Source: Selaginella moellendorffii
Taxonomy: Eukaryota > Plantae > Lycopodiophyta
Assembly: GCF_000143415.4 (NCBI RefSeq)
Contig: NW_003314307.1
Span: 308,173-372,172, forward strand
Length of the DNA stretch: 64,000 bases
Direction of reading: 5' to 3'
Position numbers and translations under genes: made by a program. This document shows positions 51,695 through 63,912 of the stretch, piece by piece (within the stretch, counting starts at the first letter, position 1; each line of letters starts with the position of its first letter). The notes under the pieces were generated by a model that ran no database searches, was not told where the DNA came from, and saw only the letters and a program-made list of their open reading frames with translations.

Positions 51695-54600
51695 TCAGAC
51701 TGTTATTTTTTGCCTCCAACGCCTATACAATAATCTTGGAATTTCATCACTCTCCACACTATCAGGATTTAAACCCAATAGTAATGCCATCTCTTCTCTA
51801 ATACGTCCACGCTCATGTTCAGTGGTCGAAGAACCCATCCGGTTGAGCAGATTATGGAGATGCGGATAGTGCTTGGCTAGACAATATACATGCCATAAAT
51901 GATGACTGGTGTCTGTCCGATCAAATGGCTTCTGATATACCGTTCCATCTGCCATTTGGTTGATTTCTGCAGCCACCTCCTGGACTGGCCGGTTTTCTAT
52001 CACCATCGCTTCAAGCCGTTTTGCAAGGTCCCCCAGAACATACGGTTTCTTCTCCCTAGTTTCCATACTGCAAGAGATGGGGTGCACTGCATATGTGTGC
52101 GTGTTCGCTGCAGTTTTAATCGGCGAGTCATCGATGATGAGGATTTCACTTGACCTAGCAGTCCGGTTCATCACTACAGCCTCTGCCTTGACGAAGATGG
52201 GCTTGCTACCCCTCACATGGACCATAGTCAAGCAATCCTCCTGCGTTAGGAGAAAGTCAAATGGTAATATTACTCGCGTCTGATCGTGCATCATCTGTAG
52301 CAACATTAATGCATTGTGGCGCATCATGGATGTCCAAACTCCCAATTGCAAATTGAACCCGGCCCTCTGTTTTAAGTGTCGCATGGTCATTATTAGATCC
52401 CGCAGTTTCTCCCGTGTGATTAATGTGAATCTGTCTCTTTTGACCAACTTGCGACCGCAGGCTTTGGAGGGTGCAGTGACATTCGAGGACGAGCCACGCT
52501 CATGGGAGAAAAGGACACCGTTCAGATCAAAAACGATACAGTACTTTCGCCGTGACTCTGAAATGAAATGCGTTAGCATAAAAAATGGTACAAGTCAATT
52601 TTACCATCTACAATATTAGTGAATGGTGCTCCCGATGGTCGTTCAGAGGGTTTTGGTCGAGGAAACGTGAAGGGCGGAAATACTCTCCTCTGCAATGTGG
52701 GGTCAATCGCATCCGATGGCATGTGGGCACATGCCATTTCAGCTGTAGACTCTGGTACAACTGGCTCAACAGTGGCATGGGGTGGTTCCGATGGCGTGTG
52801 ATCACACGCCATTTCAGCTGGTGCCTCCGTTGGCAAAGTGGACATGACCGAACAGGCAGCAGGGGCGGTGTAGGGAGGTTCCAACGGCGCGTAGTCAGAC
52901 GATTGGGCACACGTTGGAAATGAGGATACGACCGGCTCGGCGGCTGGGGCGGCTTCATGCGGGTCCAATGGCGCCTAGTCACCGTCAGTTGGATACGTGG
53001 ACAAGATTGACTCAGTGGTATGGGCAGCATCAAGTGGAGCGTGGTCAGCTTGCTTGGCGTTGATATGGATAGTAGCCTCCACCAGCTCTGATGACTCTTG
53101 CAGGCAAGTAGAGTCCACTGGCGGATCCATATGCATGTCCAAATATCTCCCTTCGATTGAGATGGTATCCTCCCGTGCTACTAAAAACAAACTCATTAGC
53201 ACATTGAATCGACTATACTGTATTTACCATCAACTGCTATTGAGGAACTAGGACCGATATCACTTGGGCGCACTGCTGATTCTGAAGGATTGGACATACG
53301 TTTCGACCCTTGCTTGGCACTATCCTTCCTCGACACTAAAGGCTAGAGTTTGTATCTTAATTCAACTGAATAATCTCTACTTACCATTTCTTCTGCGACC
53401 TACATGGACAATGTTAGAAATGGTAAAAGGTTAGGAATGGATGTACTATTATTTACCTGATGGTTTGTCTTGTATGACCTTCCTCCGTTGCTCTTTGGCC
53501 ACCTCAGGCTGGCCATCATCGTCATCATCGTCATCGTCGTTATTGTGATCGTCACCATTGTGAGGACCATCCAAGTCCTCTTCGTCCTCCTCTTCTTCGT
53601 CCTCCTCTTCTTTGTCCTCCTCTTCGTCCTTCTGCTCTTCCTGCTCATTATCTTTCTCTGGCTCCTCATCCCCCTCTTGCATTTCTTCCATAGGCTGCTC
53701 AGGCTGGATTGCTTGTTTTTCCAGGACCATCTTGGAAAAATCATCTGGCCGAGTCTCCATCTCAAAATACAAGACATCCATAGCCTGTTTTAGTGCGTGA
53801 CCTAGGACCGTATCCTCACCCGACTGTCTTAACATGGTTTCTGCACGTTCTTGCACCCTTCGAAGACGACGAGATGAGAAAAACGTGGCCCTGACTTGAA
53901 AAGCATCCCTCATCCATTGTACCTCTCCATTGAGATTGGGGAAGGGGAGTCCGCCATAGGAATCTGAGTCAGAAGGTGGTGACTGGCTCCTTTCACTCAG
54001 CCCTTGATCTGCAATGAATGGCATGAGCACACACGCCATAACCGCGAGGCATTACCTATCATCTTTTCGTTGCCCTTCTTCCTTTTCGAATCAAACGCCT
54101 CTGATCCCGACGACTGTCCAACGTGCTTTCGCTTTTTATGACCACTGTCAGTTTGAGCTTGGCTGGTGCTTGCCTGTTTTGCCTTTGAAGAAGTGTCTCC
54201 TGCAAGGAATGGCATGAGACCACACGCCATTGCAAATATAATTTGTACCTCCTTTTTTCCTATTGCTTGTCTGTTTGTCCTTCTTCGACGCGCCACCAGT
54301 GCGCTTTTCAGTCCTCGTGTCTGAATATTCACAACGATCTATAATCAAAATGGCGTGAGGCCTCACGTGACCTTACCTTGTGCAGGTTGTGACCTCGGCC
54401 TAACATCAGTAGCTGTTAACGCCGTTTCAGCATCTGGGGGTGGCCACGCTCCTGCATACAGAGCTTGTGAGATAACATTTAAACTTAAAGTGCGTACTCA
54501 CCAGGTTCGTAGAGAAGATACTGTTTTTCTTTGGCAACTGTAATTATATGCTCCATTGAAGTCACCTCTTCAATGGAGTTTGTCACCGCAACACACGGGA

Positions 54601-57043
54601 CACCCTTGAGTAGTGCGGCTCGAAAGAATAGTCCGCCGCAGTTGTACTCAACAACGCATTTGCCCTTGGAGTCACCCGCTATTGCGTTGAAGACCCAGCT
54701 GAGCATTTCCCATGCTGCACCTGGAGCTTTCTTTGGATTCGAAAGCTCCATAGCCGTCTTCAGTTCCTCAGGCACGGGTAAATTGACCTCCCTTAGATCA
54801 ATTCGATCGGCTTTGTTGAACGAAGCTGGGAAGTCACTCCAGTCCCACTCTGCTGCAGGACCAATAACAAGGGCGACTGTGAAGATGCGGACATTCGTCG
54901 GTATCTTCTTCTTAGCCATTATCCCATGGATCTCCCGCATCTCCTTGCCTTTCAACCGAGCCTTCACCTCGTTCAAGGCCTTCCAGAACTTGTGATAGGA
55001 TTCGGAGTCGTAGATCATATAGTGGACTGAAGATTCCACCTCCGCAAGTCCCACCATTAAGTCAATGATGGAGCTGACTTCGTCTGCATGAGTGATCTCC
55101 TCGTTTGTGAAGTCCATCACACAAAAGATGTTCTTGACCTGCTCATCTCCGCGGGAAACGATGCTCCTCCACCTTTGATCCTCATCCGAATTCACGTATA
55201 CCCGGTAAGGTTCTCGATAGGCCTCTGCTGCGGGGTCGAGCTGTTTCTGAAGCCGGCGGTCGACATCCCTCTTAATGAAATTTGGATACTGATCCAACTT
55301 CTCAGTTTTACTTTTCGTGGCATCCCGCAGCAGATCGATGAACTTGGGGGCCCCCTTCACGTACTCGTCGATGTCTTCATTTGACAAGTCCAGCTCTTCC
55401 ATCATCTCTTGCGTGGTGTCGATGCTCACCCTCACCACGGCCACTTGCTCGAAGATCCAATCCTTCAATAGCGCACGAGCTCTCAGAGTCGTGCACAAGT
55501 CCTCGTATGTCACAATATGGCCGGGAGTCATTTTGGTCTTGTTGAAGACTACCTCACCACGTAGAAGAGCATTAGCCACTGTCAGAAGGTCGTCGTCGTC
55601 TAGAGACCGCGAGAAACGCAAGGCGTTGAGCTTCAAATCATTGGGCTTCCGGCCGTCCTTCACACCCATTGAGTTTAGCAACTCCCCGTCATGGTACCTC
55701 CTTAGCACATCTACCCATTTGTCAAAAACAACTTTTGTCGCGAGTAGAATGTTATGGATGCTGAGTGTGTCATTGACCCCCAGTGTTTTCGAGAGAAGAC
55801 TCGAGAATTCCTGCAATGGAAATGGCGTGAGGCCACATGCTATGCCACATGCAACGAGGCTTACCTGCCAGGCGCTAGTTGCTAGTGCATGTCCTTGTCC
55901 TGGTTTTTGTGGCTTCTTCAGTTGAACCCAGAGCTTCCGTGTTCGTGCCAATGTCTCGTGCAGACCCGATTTGTAGCACGTTTCTTGCTTGACATTCTGC
56001 GCGTGGGAGATGTATATGATAGATTGGAGGGGCGAGTTGCCTTTTATCAGGCGGACAACTCTTGTCTTGAAGACTTTCTTCACCTCCTCGCCCACCATAA
56101 TATCCACAACTATCTGTTGCATCGCCAAGCTAGAATGCTGCCCGGAGACGGCATAGAACCGGATGTTCTGATCGTCCAACACCTTCCTATTGATCAAGTC
56201 TGGAAACCTCGTCTTGCCCTTCATTGTTCGGTAGTAGGGGATCACGTCTGCGATGTCGGGTGTTACTGGATTTGCCAGCATCTTCTGCTTCAGTTTCTCC
56301 ACCCACTCATCAGATACTAGCCTGTGGTTGTATTTGCTTTGGATCTCGATACGGCTCACGTCGATTGTATATACTTTGTTGGAATAGTAACAAGTACTAT
56401 TATCTGCGACGATTTTTGCTGCCTCTTCTTGCTCTTTCTGCTCTTTGCGGCTCTTCTTTTTGGTGGGTGTAGTGTTCGAACCCGAGGCAATGGCATCACC
56501 GAGTAGCTTCTTTTTTGGAGCAGCAGAGTCGGACGTCGGCTTGAGCTTGACCACCCTTTTCTGCTTCGGGGTAGTTTCCAGATCGACCCCCTTCCCCTTC
56601 GCTTCGCAAACTGGAGGCACTCTCAACGGCTCAATGTTGGAATATAGTTTTTGAACATCGCCGTAGGTGAGGTCCGTGGATTCCATGTGATCTTCATAGA
56701 CCCGCAGCGTCTTTGAAATTGTGGGCCTCCTGGACAACCTCTCCCTAGCTCCCTCTAGGAATTCCTCATAGCCGCTGCCCCCCTCCGGGAAGCCGCTAGG
56801 ATGTGCAAGGTGGATCTTGAAGGCGGACGCTGTCTCTACCACAAGTGCCAGTCCATATTCTTGCATGGAACTGCATGGAGTGTCTGTCACTTGGATGAGG
56901 ATCCCCATGCATTCTTTTCTCCCACCATCTGTGTTGTACAGCATCAGATCCTCGCCTTCCATCCTGAAAGTCCAACTGGTGAGCTCCTCCCCCTTCTCTG
57001 CATCCACATTGACAGTGGCTGGAAGAAGAACGCAATTCCTCGC
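51695..57043 (-). CDS. Predicted ~1,600-aa multi-exon protein: ParB/Srx-like domain, degenerate DNA-methyltransferase-like domain, low-complexity linker, FCP1/NIF HAD phosphatase. One in-frame TAG at 52975-52977; start uncertain.
   Basis: ORFs 54485-57064, 53449-54039, 52975-53202, 52573-52968 and 51695-52579 join through GT-AG introns that are all phase 1 (donors near 54501, 54377, 54249, 54056, 53456, 53384, 53227, 52604). Motifs: RLVSDEWVEKLKQKM...FYAVSGQHS; CVVEYNCG...AALLKGVPCVAV; IVFDLNGVL, GVWTS, ILIIDDSP. Confidence 0.7.
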
Positions 57044-57494
57044 CTGTTCAAAAATGCACAACAATTAGAGCTGACAGATGAAAAGCTAGCAGCTGGAAAT
57101 AACGTGAGGCCACACGCCATTCACCACTGCATCAGATGTCTTGAGGCTGCATCCTAAGATGGCGTGAGGCTACACGCCATCTGTAACCGGACTGCACTCG
57201 AGAGCCCAATCGGTGCATGTCAATGTTGCTACTGAATGGCATGTGGCCTCATGCCATTTTCTACTTGGTCTAAAAGACTTACCATTTGAAGCCGAATGGA
57301 GGCCGTGACAATCGAGGCCAGACTCGCTGGCGAATGTGCACTGTGTGTGCAGTGGATCGTAGCAGCAAGGCTACTCTGCCACTTACAGTTGGAGAGTGGT
57401 GCTGAAATCTCCCGGGACGCCAAGTGGGCTGCGTGTGGGTGGTGGAGTGGGTGGCGGAGTTGGCGGCGAAGTTACAAACTGGGTGTGTCTTGAA

Positions 57495-57720
57495 GTGGAC
57501 GCCGATGCACACGAGCGCGATGCGAGCGCGAGTGTGATGCAAGCGCGAGTGGACGCCGATGCACACGAGCGCGATGCGAGCGCGAGTGTGATGCAAGCGC
57601 GAGTGGACGCCGATGCACACGAGAAACCTGTAGAGAAGTGAGCGTGATCGCGAGTGGGAGCGCGATGCGAGCGGGAGCGCGAGTGTGATGCGAGCGCGAG
57701 CGCGAGTGTGCGAGCGCGAG
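57495..57720. repeat. CpG-rich 54-bp tandem repeat with GCGAGCGC sub-repeats
   Basis: GTGGACGCCGATGCACACGAG at 57495, 57549 and 57603. Confidence 0.9.
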
Positions 57721-58035
57721 TACAAAGCAAAATGCAAAACCTAACCTCACACGCGCGAAATGTCACAACGGTTGGTAATCCCGCCACGTCATCATTCCTC
57801 GGACTTGGGCGCCACCATTAATTTCTGGATTGCCGCGCGCATGCAAGCACGCAAAATCCAAAAGAAATCCGCAACGTCATCATTCCTCGGACTGCATGCA
57901 CGCGAAATCCAAAAGAAAGATCATGATTGGGATATCATTTAATACCCTCGCTATATTTATACCATGCATGATTGGATATTCCAAAGCATCTTGTATTTCC
58001 AAAAATGGCAGATGTTCAGCTAAATAAAGAAATTC

Positions 58036-59435
58036 TATCTGTTTCTATTTTTCTCTCAAATCAATATTATAGCGTGTGGGCTCATGCAATTTTGAACCAA
58101 AGAAACCCAAAAAACGTTGGACCCAAAATATTTTGAAAAAACCCAAAAAACCCTAAACATTTTAAACCCAAAAATCCAGGCGTCCTGTGGCGTTATTCCT
58201 TGAATGGCGTGTGGGCGCATGCCATTTTCAGGGCCAAATGCTGAATGGAGAAAAATTCCCTTTCAGTGCAAATGCTGCAAGAGGCAGATGCCGAGCACAA
58301 AGGACTGTAACTACCTCACATGACACAGATAAACTTTTCTCTATTTGGCAAAGATAAACTTTATAGCGTGTGGGCTCATGCAATTTTGAACCCAAAAAAT
58401 GCACCAAAAAATTCTCGGCGTCATCTAGCATTATCTCTTGAATGGCGTGGGGCCGCATGCCATTTTCAGGGGCACATAGGAGTATATTCCTAGGATATTC
58501 TGACACGCGCGAGATTTTTTTAAGTTTTCTGGAGATCCAACCGTTAGATCGCAACTAGATTTTACAGAATGGTATAGAATGTCTTTCTTGATGACCCTGC
58601 AAAGAAGCATCTCGATCGGACACCACATGAGACCACACGAGCCTTACAATGTTTCAGGGGCATTTGCCATAGATCCGACCGTTATTTTGCTCCAAGATTT
58701 TACAGTTTGGTGTGCATTGACATTTCCATCGACACTGCAAAGGGACATCACAATCAGATGCGGGATCACAAGAAACTAACTTCACTAACTCTGGTTTCAC
58801 CAAGATCTACGTAAGGAGTTATGAAATGAAAGGACCTTCTCTATTGAAATGTGTTTATGGTCCTAGGGGCATTGTGACATATCAAAGGATTTTGCATCAA
58901 GTTCTGTATTTGCATGTTTATCAAGCTACTGAATTGCTAAACCCTAAACCCTAAACCCTAAACCCTAAACATGTGGCAAATGCTGCGTGAAGAAAGATGC
59001 CCTTTCTGGGCAAATGCTGTAAGAGGCAGATGCCGAGCAGATGTATCTCAGGCTAGCGAAGGGGACGAACGAAAGCTAGCTATAAACATGACGGGATGCA
59101 AATAGATTACTAGGCTGGTCCTACGAAAATCAAAAACCATAATTGAAAACATTGAAAATGCAAAAAGAAAGGTTTATAATATTTTTGAATTTTAGGCAAC
59201 CAAAGGAATGTAAGTAGGGCATGTGTTTGTAAGTTTAAAAATGCCTCAACCACTTAAATTCCCAAGTAAATAAAGCTGTTTCTATTTTTGGTACAGGTAA
59301 ACTTTATAGCGTGTGGGCTCATGCAATTTTGAACCCAAAAATGCACCAAAAAATGCTCGACTAGCATTATTCTTTGAATGGCGTGTGGCCTTATGTCGAG
59401 CATTATTCTTTGAATGGCGTGTGGCCTTATATTGC
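58036..59435. repeat. Three dispersed ~130-190-bp direct repeats (near 58036, 58335, 59275), each carrying palindrome copies
   Basis: TATAGCGTGTGGGCTCATGCAATTTTGAACC...TGAATGGCGTG recurs three times. Confidence 0.85.
58937..58970. repeat. Interstitial plant telomeric repeat (CCCTAAA)n, ~5 units
   Basis: ctaaaccctaaaccctaaaccctaaaccctaaac. Confidence 0.95.
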
Positions 59436-59799
59436 CATAAATGGACGTACACACACAGCGTAATTATTCCTTTACACGGCGAATAATCTTGGCGCGGATC
59501 GCTGACATGGCATGGCAAAGTTCGAATCACTGACATGGCACAGCTGGATCGAGGCAAGGACATGATGTGACAAAGTTCAACCTCCGACAACAAAGTCTAG
59601 AAGCTACTCAGTTTGAAATTTGTCAGAGGAATCATAAGATCTGGTTTGTCAGAGGATTTGATGTGACGTTCAAGCGTGTGTTATTTTTGAATTCTCGAAC
59701 TCATTCCTAGGTCTATCATTTTTGTGCGCCGTGTTCTTAGTTCCGCTGAGCGCAGTGAGCGCTGCTTGTGTAAGCGGCGTTGTGGGCTGTGGTTTATGC

Positions 59800-59935
59800 G
59801 TCTACGAGCGGTTGCGGCATTGCGGCCATTGCGAGCGGCAGTTTATGCGAGTGGCAGTTTGTGCGAGCGGCGCTACGAGCAGTTGCGGTGTTGCGAGCGG
59901 CGCTACGAGTAGTTGCGATGTTGCGAGCGGCACTG
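59800..59935. repeat. CpG-rich ~30-bp tandem repeat (TGCGAGCGGCGCTACGAG...)
   Basis: Units at 59861, 59891 and 59921, with looser copies upstream. Confidence 0.8.
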
Positions 59936-60297
59936 TCTTTGGTGTGGCTACCGCTTCCTCTTGATATTCGGCACTTGTGCTTCCTGGTATGTTCACCATG
60001 GAATGGCTTAGGACCACATTTAGAAATGGCATGAGGCCACATGCCATCTTGGGCCCTTGCAATTTCATGGCTAGCGTATTGTCATGTATGTTTTTACTTG
60101 CCTGCAGCTGTGTGTATATCAAGATGGCATGAGGCCTCATGCCAATTTTGTGAATGCGAAATTTCACGTGGGTGTCAATAGCATGTTTGAATAATGGCAT
60201 GTGGCCTCATGCTATTGAGGTTGTTTGGTATGTTATGATTTAGGCCATTCTCCAATCATTTTTTGTATGGTTTTAACTTCTTTTCTGCACTTTCAGA

Positions 60298-63200
60298 ATG
60301 GCCTTCAGGGTTGGGGAAAAGGTTTACATTTTGAATGGTGGGAAGAGAGTTGCAAAAGGGACCCTTGTGTCTATGGATCGGAACTTTGTTATACACTGTC
60401 AAAGGCTTGGGGAAGGCAATGCTGCTGTATCAGTAGAGACTGTCTTCGATGGGAATGTGGTCGCTATTGAACGAGGAGAGATGGTCGTCGGGGTAAATGT
60501 TGTTATTGCCTTGAAAAATCTTCAGAAGAAAGCAGATGTTGGGGACAGCGCAAGTGCGACGCATGTTCCTTCCGTGGATCTTAAGAACCGTGCTACATGG
60601 ATTCAGGCAAAAGTGTTTCTAAACAACCCCGAGGGGGAGGTGGTAGCTGAGGGCTTAGCCACAGTTGTCGATCCAAGAGATGCGGTTGCTAATCAAGAAT
60701 TGGGCTGGGATGATATTGGAGTTGCGATTTTAGAGGTTGTTGACACAGAAGAAAACAGTCTGACTATTGGAAGCATTGTGCGGTGGAAATTGAGGCACTT
60801 AGTGTTTGAGAATGTGAAGGATTCACAATCAAACACCACTACAACTGATGACAGAACATCTCTTCATGGGAAAAGAAAGTACACCTTCCTAAAGCGCAGC
60901 CAAAGGGATCTGAGCAACGAACCGAAAAGGCAGAAAATGGCGATGGAGGTTCGAATGGTCTCGACAGTTGCTTGTTGCAAGAGGAGGTGCTGTCAACATG
61001 CTGATTGGGATGCTATTGAAGAGGAGAGAGCAAGATACAAGACATTGTCCTGGAAGGCAGCTCGCAATTTTGTGTATGAGGCATTACGGTCATCTGTTGA
61101 TGCTTCAGAACATCAGGTGGGGGGCATGGTCTTCCAGAGGGGTTTGGTCTGCATGAAGGCATGGAGAATCATTTATGGAGTCCCTCGAACCACATTCTAC
61201 AGAATCAAAACTGAGTTCGAGGAACAAAGGGTTCAACAGGCAGTCCATGAGAACGACGGTACGCACAAAACCAGGGGTCATGTTGTATATGGAGAGGCAA
61301 TCTTCAAGAGGTTTGTCGAGACATGTAGCGAGTAGCAACCACATAAAACCCGCCTCTTGGAAGATGGAACACGAGACACCCAACGAGTTCTCCCTTCCAT
61401 GTATACCAAGGGGGCCATATTGGAAGATGTGAATCGGGAACTCCAGAGTAATGGCTACAGGAAGCTGAGCCAATCTAGATTTAGTAGATTGTGGAGCAAC
61501 AGGTTCAGGGATGTGAGTATAGGAAAGTACTCCAGCTTTTCAAAGTGTGACGAGTGCACTGCTATCAAAATGGCTTTGTCGAAGAATTCTTGCAGCGCTC
61601 AAGAGCGAGAGACGTTGGTTAGAAGGCGGCTCGACCACAACATCGAGCAGAGAAGCTGCAGGACAGCATATTATCATAACAGGATTCTCTCCATGGAGAG
61701 ACCTGACTCTTACCTCTGCATCATCCACGACAAAATGGACCAGAAAAAGACGTGCTTACCTCGACTCAATCCTGCCCCCAAGGCAATCTCTTCATCCATG
61801 CAGCTGCCTGTGTCTCTGTTTGGCATAATCGCTCATGGGCATGGTGCCCAGAACTATGGGAACTTCTTTGTACCTCTATGGGGTGGCGGGGGTGCAAACA
61901 TGATGATTGCGTCCCTAGCAAAACACTTAAGGTCTCTGCAAAGTGCGCAGACTGAGCTGAACGGCCAACCCTTGCATAAGGCCCTTGTCGATCGAACCCC
62001 ATACAGGGTTCAGCTGGAGGAGGAGCAAAGGCTTGCAGTATCGCGTGGGGCCCCATGCCATCCCAGTGAATATGTTGGCCGTCAGATTGTAGGGTTATCA
62101 CGTGAGGCCTCATGCCATTCCGACGAGGCTGGTCGCCCGGTGAATGCACAGCCTCATCCAAACGAAGCAGAATCTCAAGGAAGTTCTTGCGGCCGATGTG
62201 GCCTTCCACCCCATCTTCTGCTCCAAACAGACAATGCTGGCAGTGAGAACAAAAACATGTACGTCTTCGCGTACTTGGCGATGCTTGTTGCCAAAGGCAT
62301 ATTTGAAACGGTTACACTTGGCTTTCTCATGGTTGGGCACACTCATGAAGACGTCGATGCCATGTTCAGTCACCTGGCAGAGTCCCTCCGGCGATCCAAT
62401 GTCCTCACCCTCCCACAACTCTACGATGAATTCCAAAATTGCATCAAAGGCACTGTTGAAGCTGCACTTCTGACAGAGGTTCCAGACTTTAAGGGGTTTG
62501 TAAGAGGCTACATCAGGGATGGATCCGAAACGCTGATTGGCCACTCCAAGCCTCTTCAGTTTCATTTCAGCATGTGTGACGGTGCTCCAGTGATGAGGTA
62601 CAAGATGAGAGAATGGGACACAGTGTGGCTGCCAGTGGACGGCATTGAACTCTTCAAGAGAGATCCCATAACTGGGGAACCTATGATTCCTCAGGGTTCC
62701 CCACGGCCGATGCACCCGGATGGACTCAAAGACCAGGAAAGTATAGTGGCCGGGATTAGACAGCATATTGCCTTCTGGAAGAGGGGGTTGGTGTTTGGTG
62801 GAGAATCCTATTTTCAGAGGTGCAAGCCTTTGCTCGAATACTGGGAGAAGATTATATCTGCTATCCAAAATGGGCCGGTTGTATATGAAGAATTGGAAGA
62901 GTCCTTTTGGCCAGAACCCAGAGCACCAGATAGTAGCGGAACAATGTCCTCTGGAAATGCAGTGACAGATAATGATGTTGAGGATCACTATTGTGGGCCG
63001 AGGAACAAGAAGCCGGATTCAGCATTCAATCCAGTACAGGTCTGCAAAGGAATGGTCGTGCTTGTTAGACCCAGTAATAAAAAACAAATGATATGGGTGG
63101 GGCGCTGCATCACTGATGCAGAGGAGGACGCGGAAACTAACTCCTTCAATGTAACTGTGGAGTGGTTCAAGCCAAGTTCCGGATATACGAAGGATTGCCT

Positions 63201-63366
63201 AGAAAAGAGATGGGTGCTGAATCCAAGGGATCCCAGCATGAGCATATCGGTGGATAATGTTGTGCATGGTTGGATGCGGAAGCAGAGTGCCACCATCACC
63301 TTGCCAGACCATGCAAGAGATGCAGCAAGAGCATTCATAACTCGGGTTCAAGGTGAGATTCATTAA
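60298..63366 (+). CDS. DUF7869/Sola1-like DDE transposase, ~1,020 codons, with one in-frame TAG at 61333-61335 (possible short last exon ending 63439)
   Basis: ORFs 60298-61335 and 61357-63366 share a frame. Motifs: CCKRRCC..VCMKAWRIIYGV, FSKCDEC, IIHDKMDQKK, LQTDNAGSENKN, FLMVGHTHEDVDAMFS. Two N-terminal Tnp1/En/Spm-like repeats (VAKG..., VVAEG...). Confidence 0.8.
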
Positions 63367-63655
63367 TATTCCTTTACAAAGTTTCTAATGTATTTTATTT
63401 CAAGGTGAACAATCCGAATCTGAATCAGAGGAGGCTTGATATAGTGTGTGAGGTAAAACAAAGATGATGTGACATATGCATTTACCAATCACACGTGCAT
63501 AAATCTAATAATATGGCGTGTGGCCCATATTAATGGCACATAAACCCATATTGTGGGCTTACGTGCTTTATGTACCATCATTCCCTTGCAGCGTGTGTGT
63601 TGGTTTCCTTTTATAACACAACGAACTCCATATTTTAGGGTGAAGAGCGTTCTCA

Positions 63656-63912
63656 TGGCAAGCACAAAATCTGTAAGTGAGGCAGAAAAGGAGACGGAGA
63701 AGGAGATAGATGAAGATGTAGAATATATAAGTCTTCCAAACTCCCCGTACTATACTCCAGGTGATCATTTTTCTGAACAAACGGCAACATTAACAACTAT
63801 CGAGAACGCCTCAGTAACGTCAGAGACAACAATCCAAAGCAAAACAACTGACCCGGAGAAGGATGATAGTACCGCTGAGAGTACCAAAAAGGAGGTGTCC
63901 ACTAGCGCTTAG
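63656..63912 (+). CDS. Short acidic Ser/Thr-rich ORF or exon of unknown function
   Basis: Open frame MASTKSVSEAEKETEKEIDEDVEY... after an AG acceptor-like site; no recognisable domain. Confidence 0.3.
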
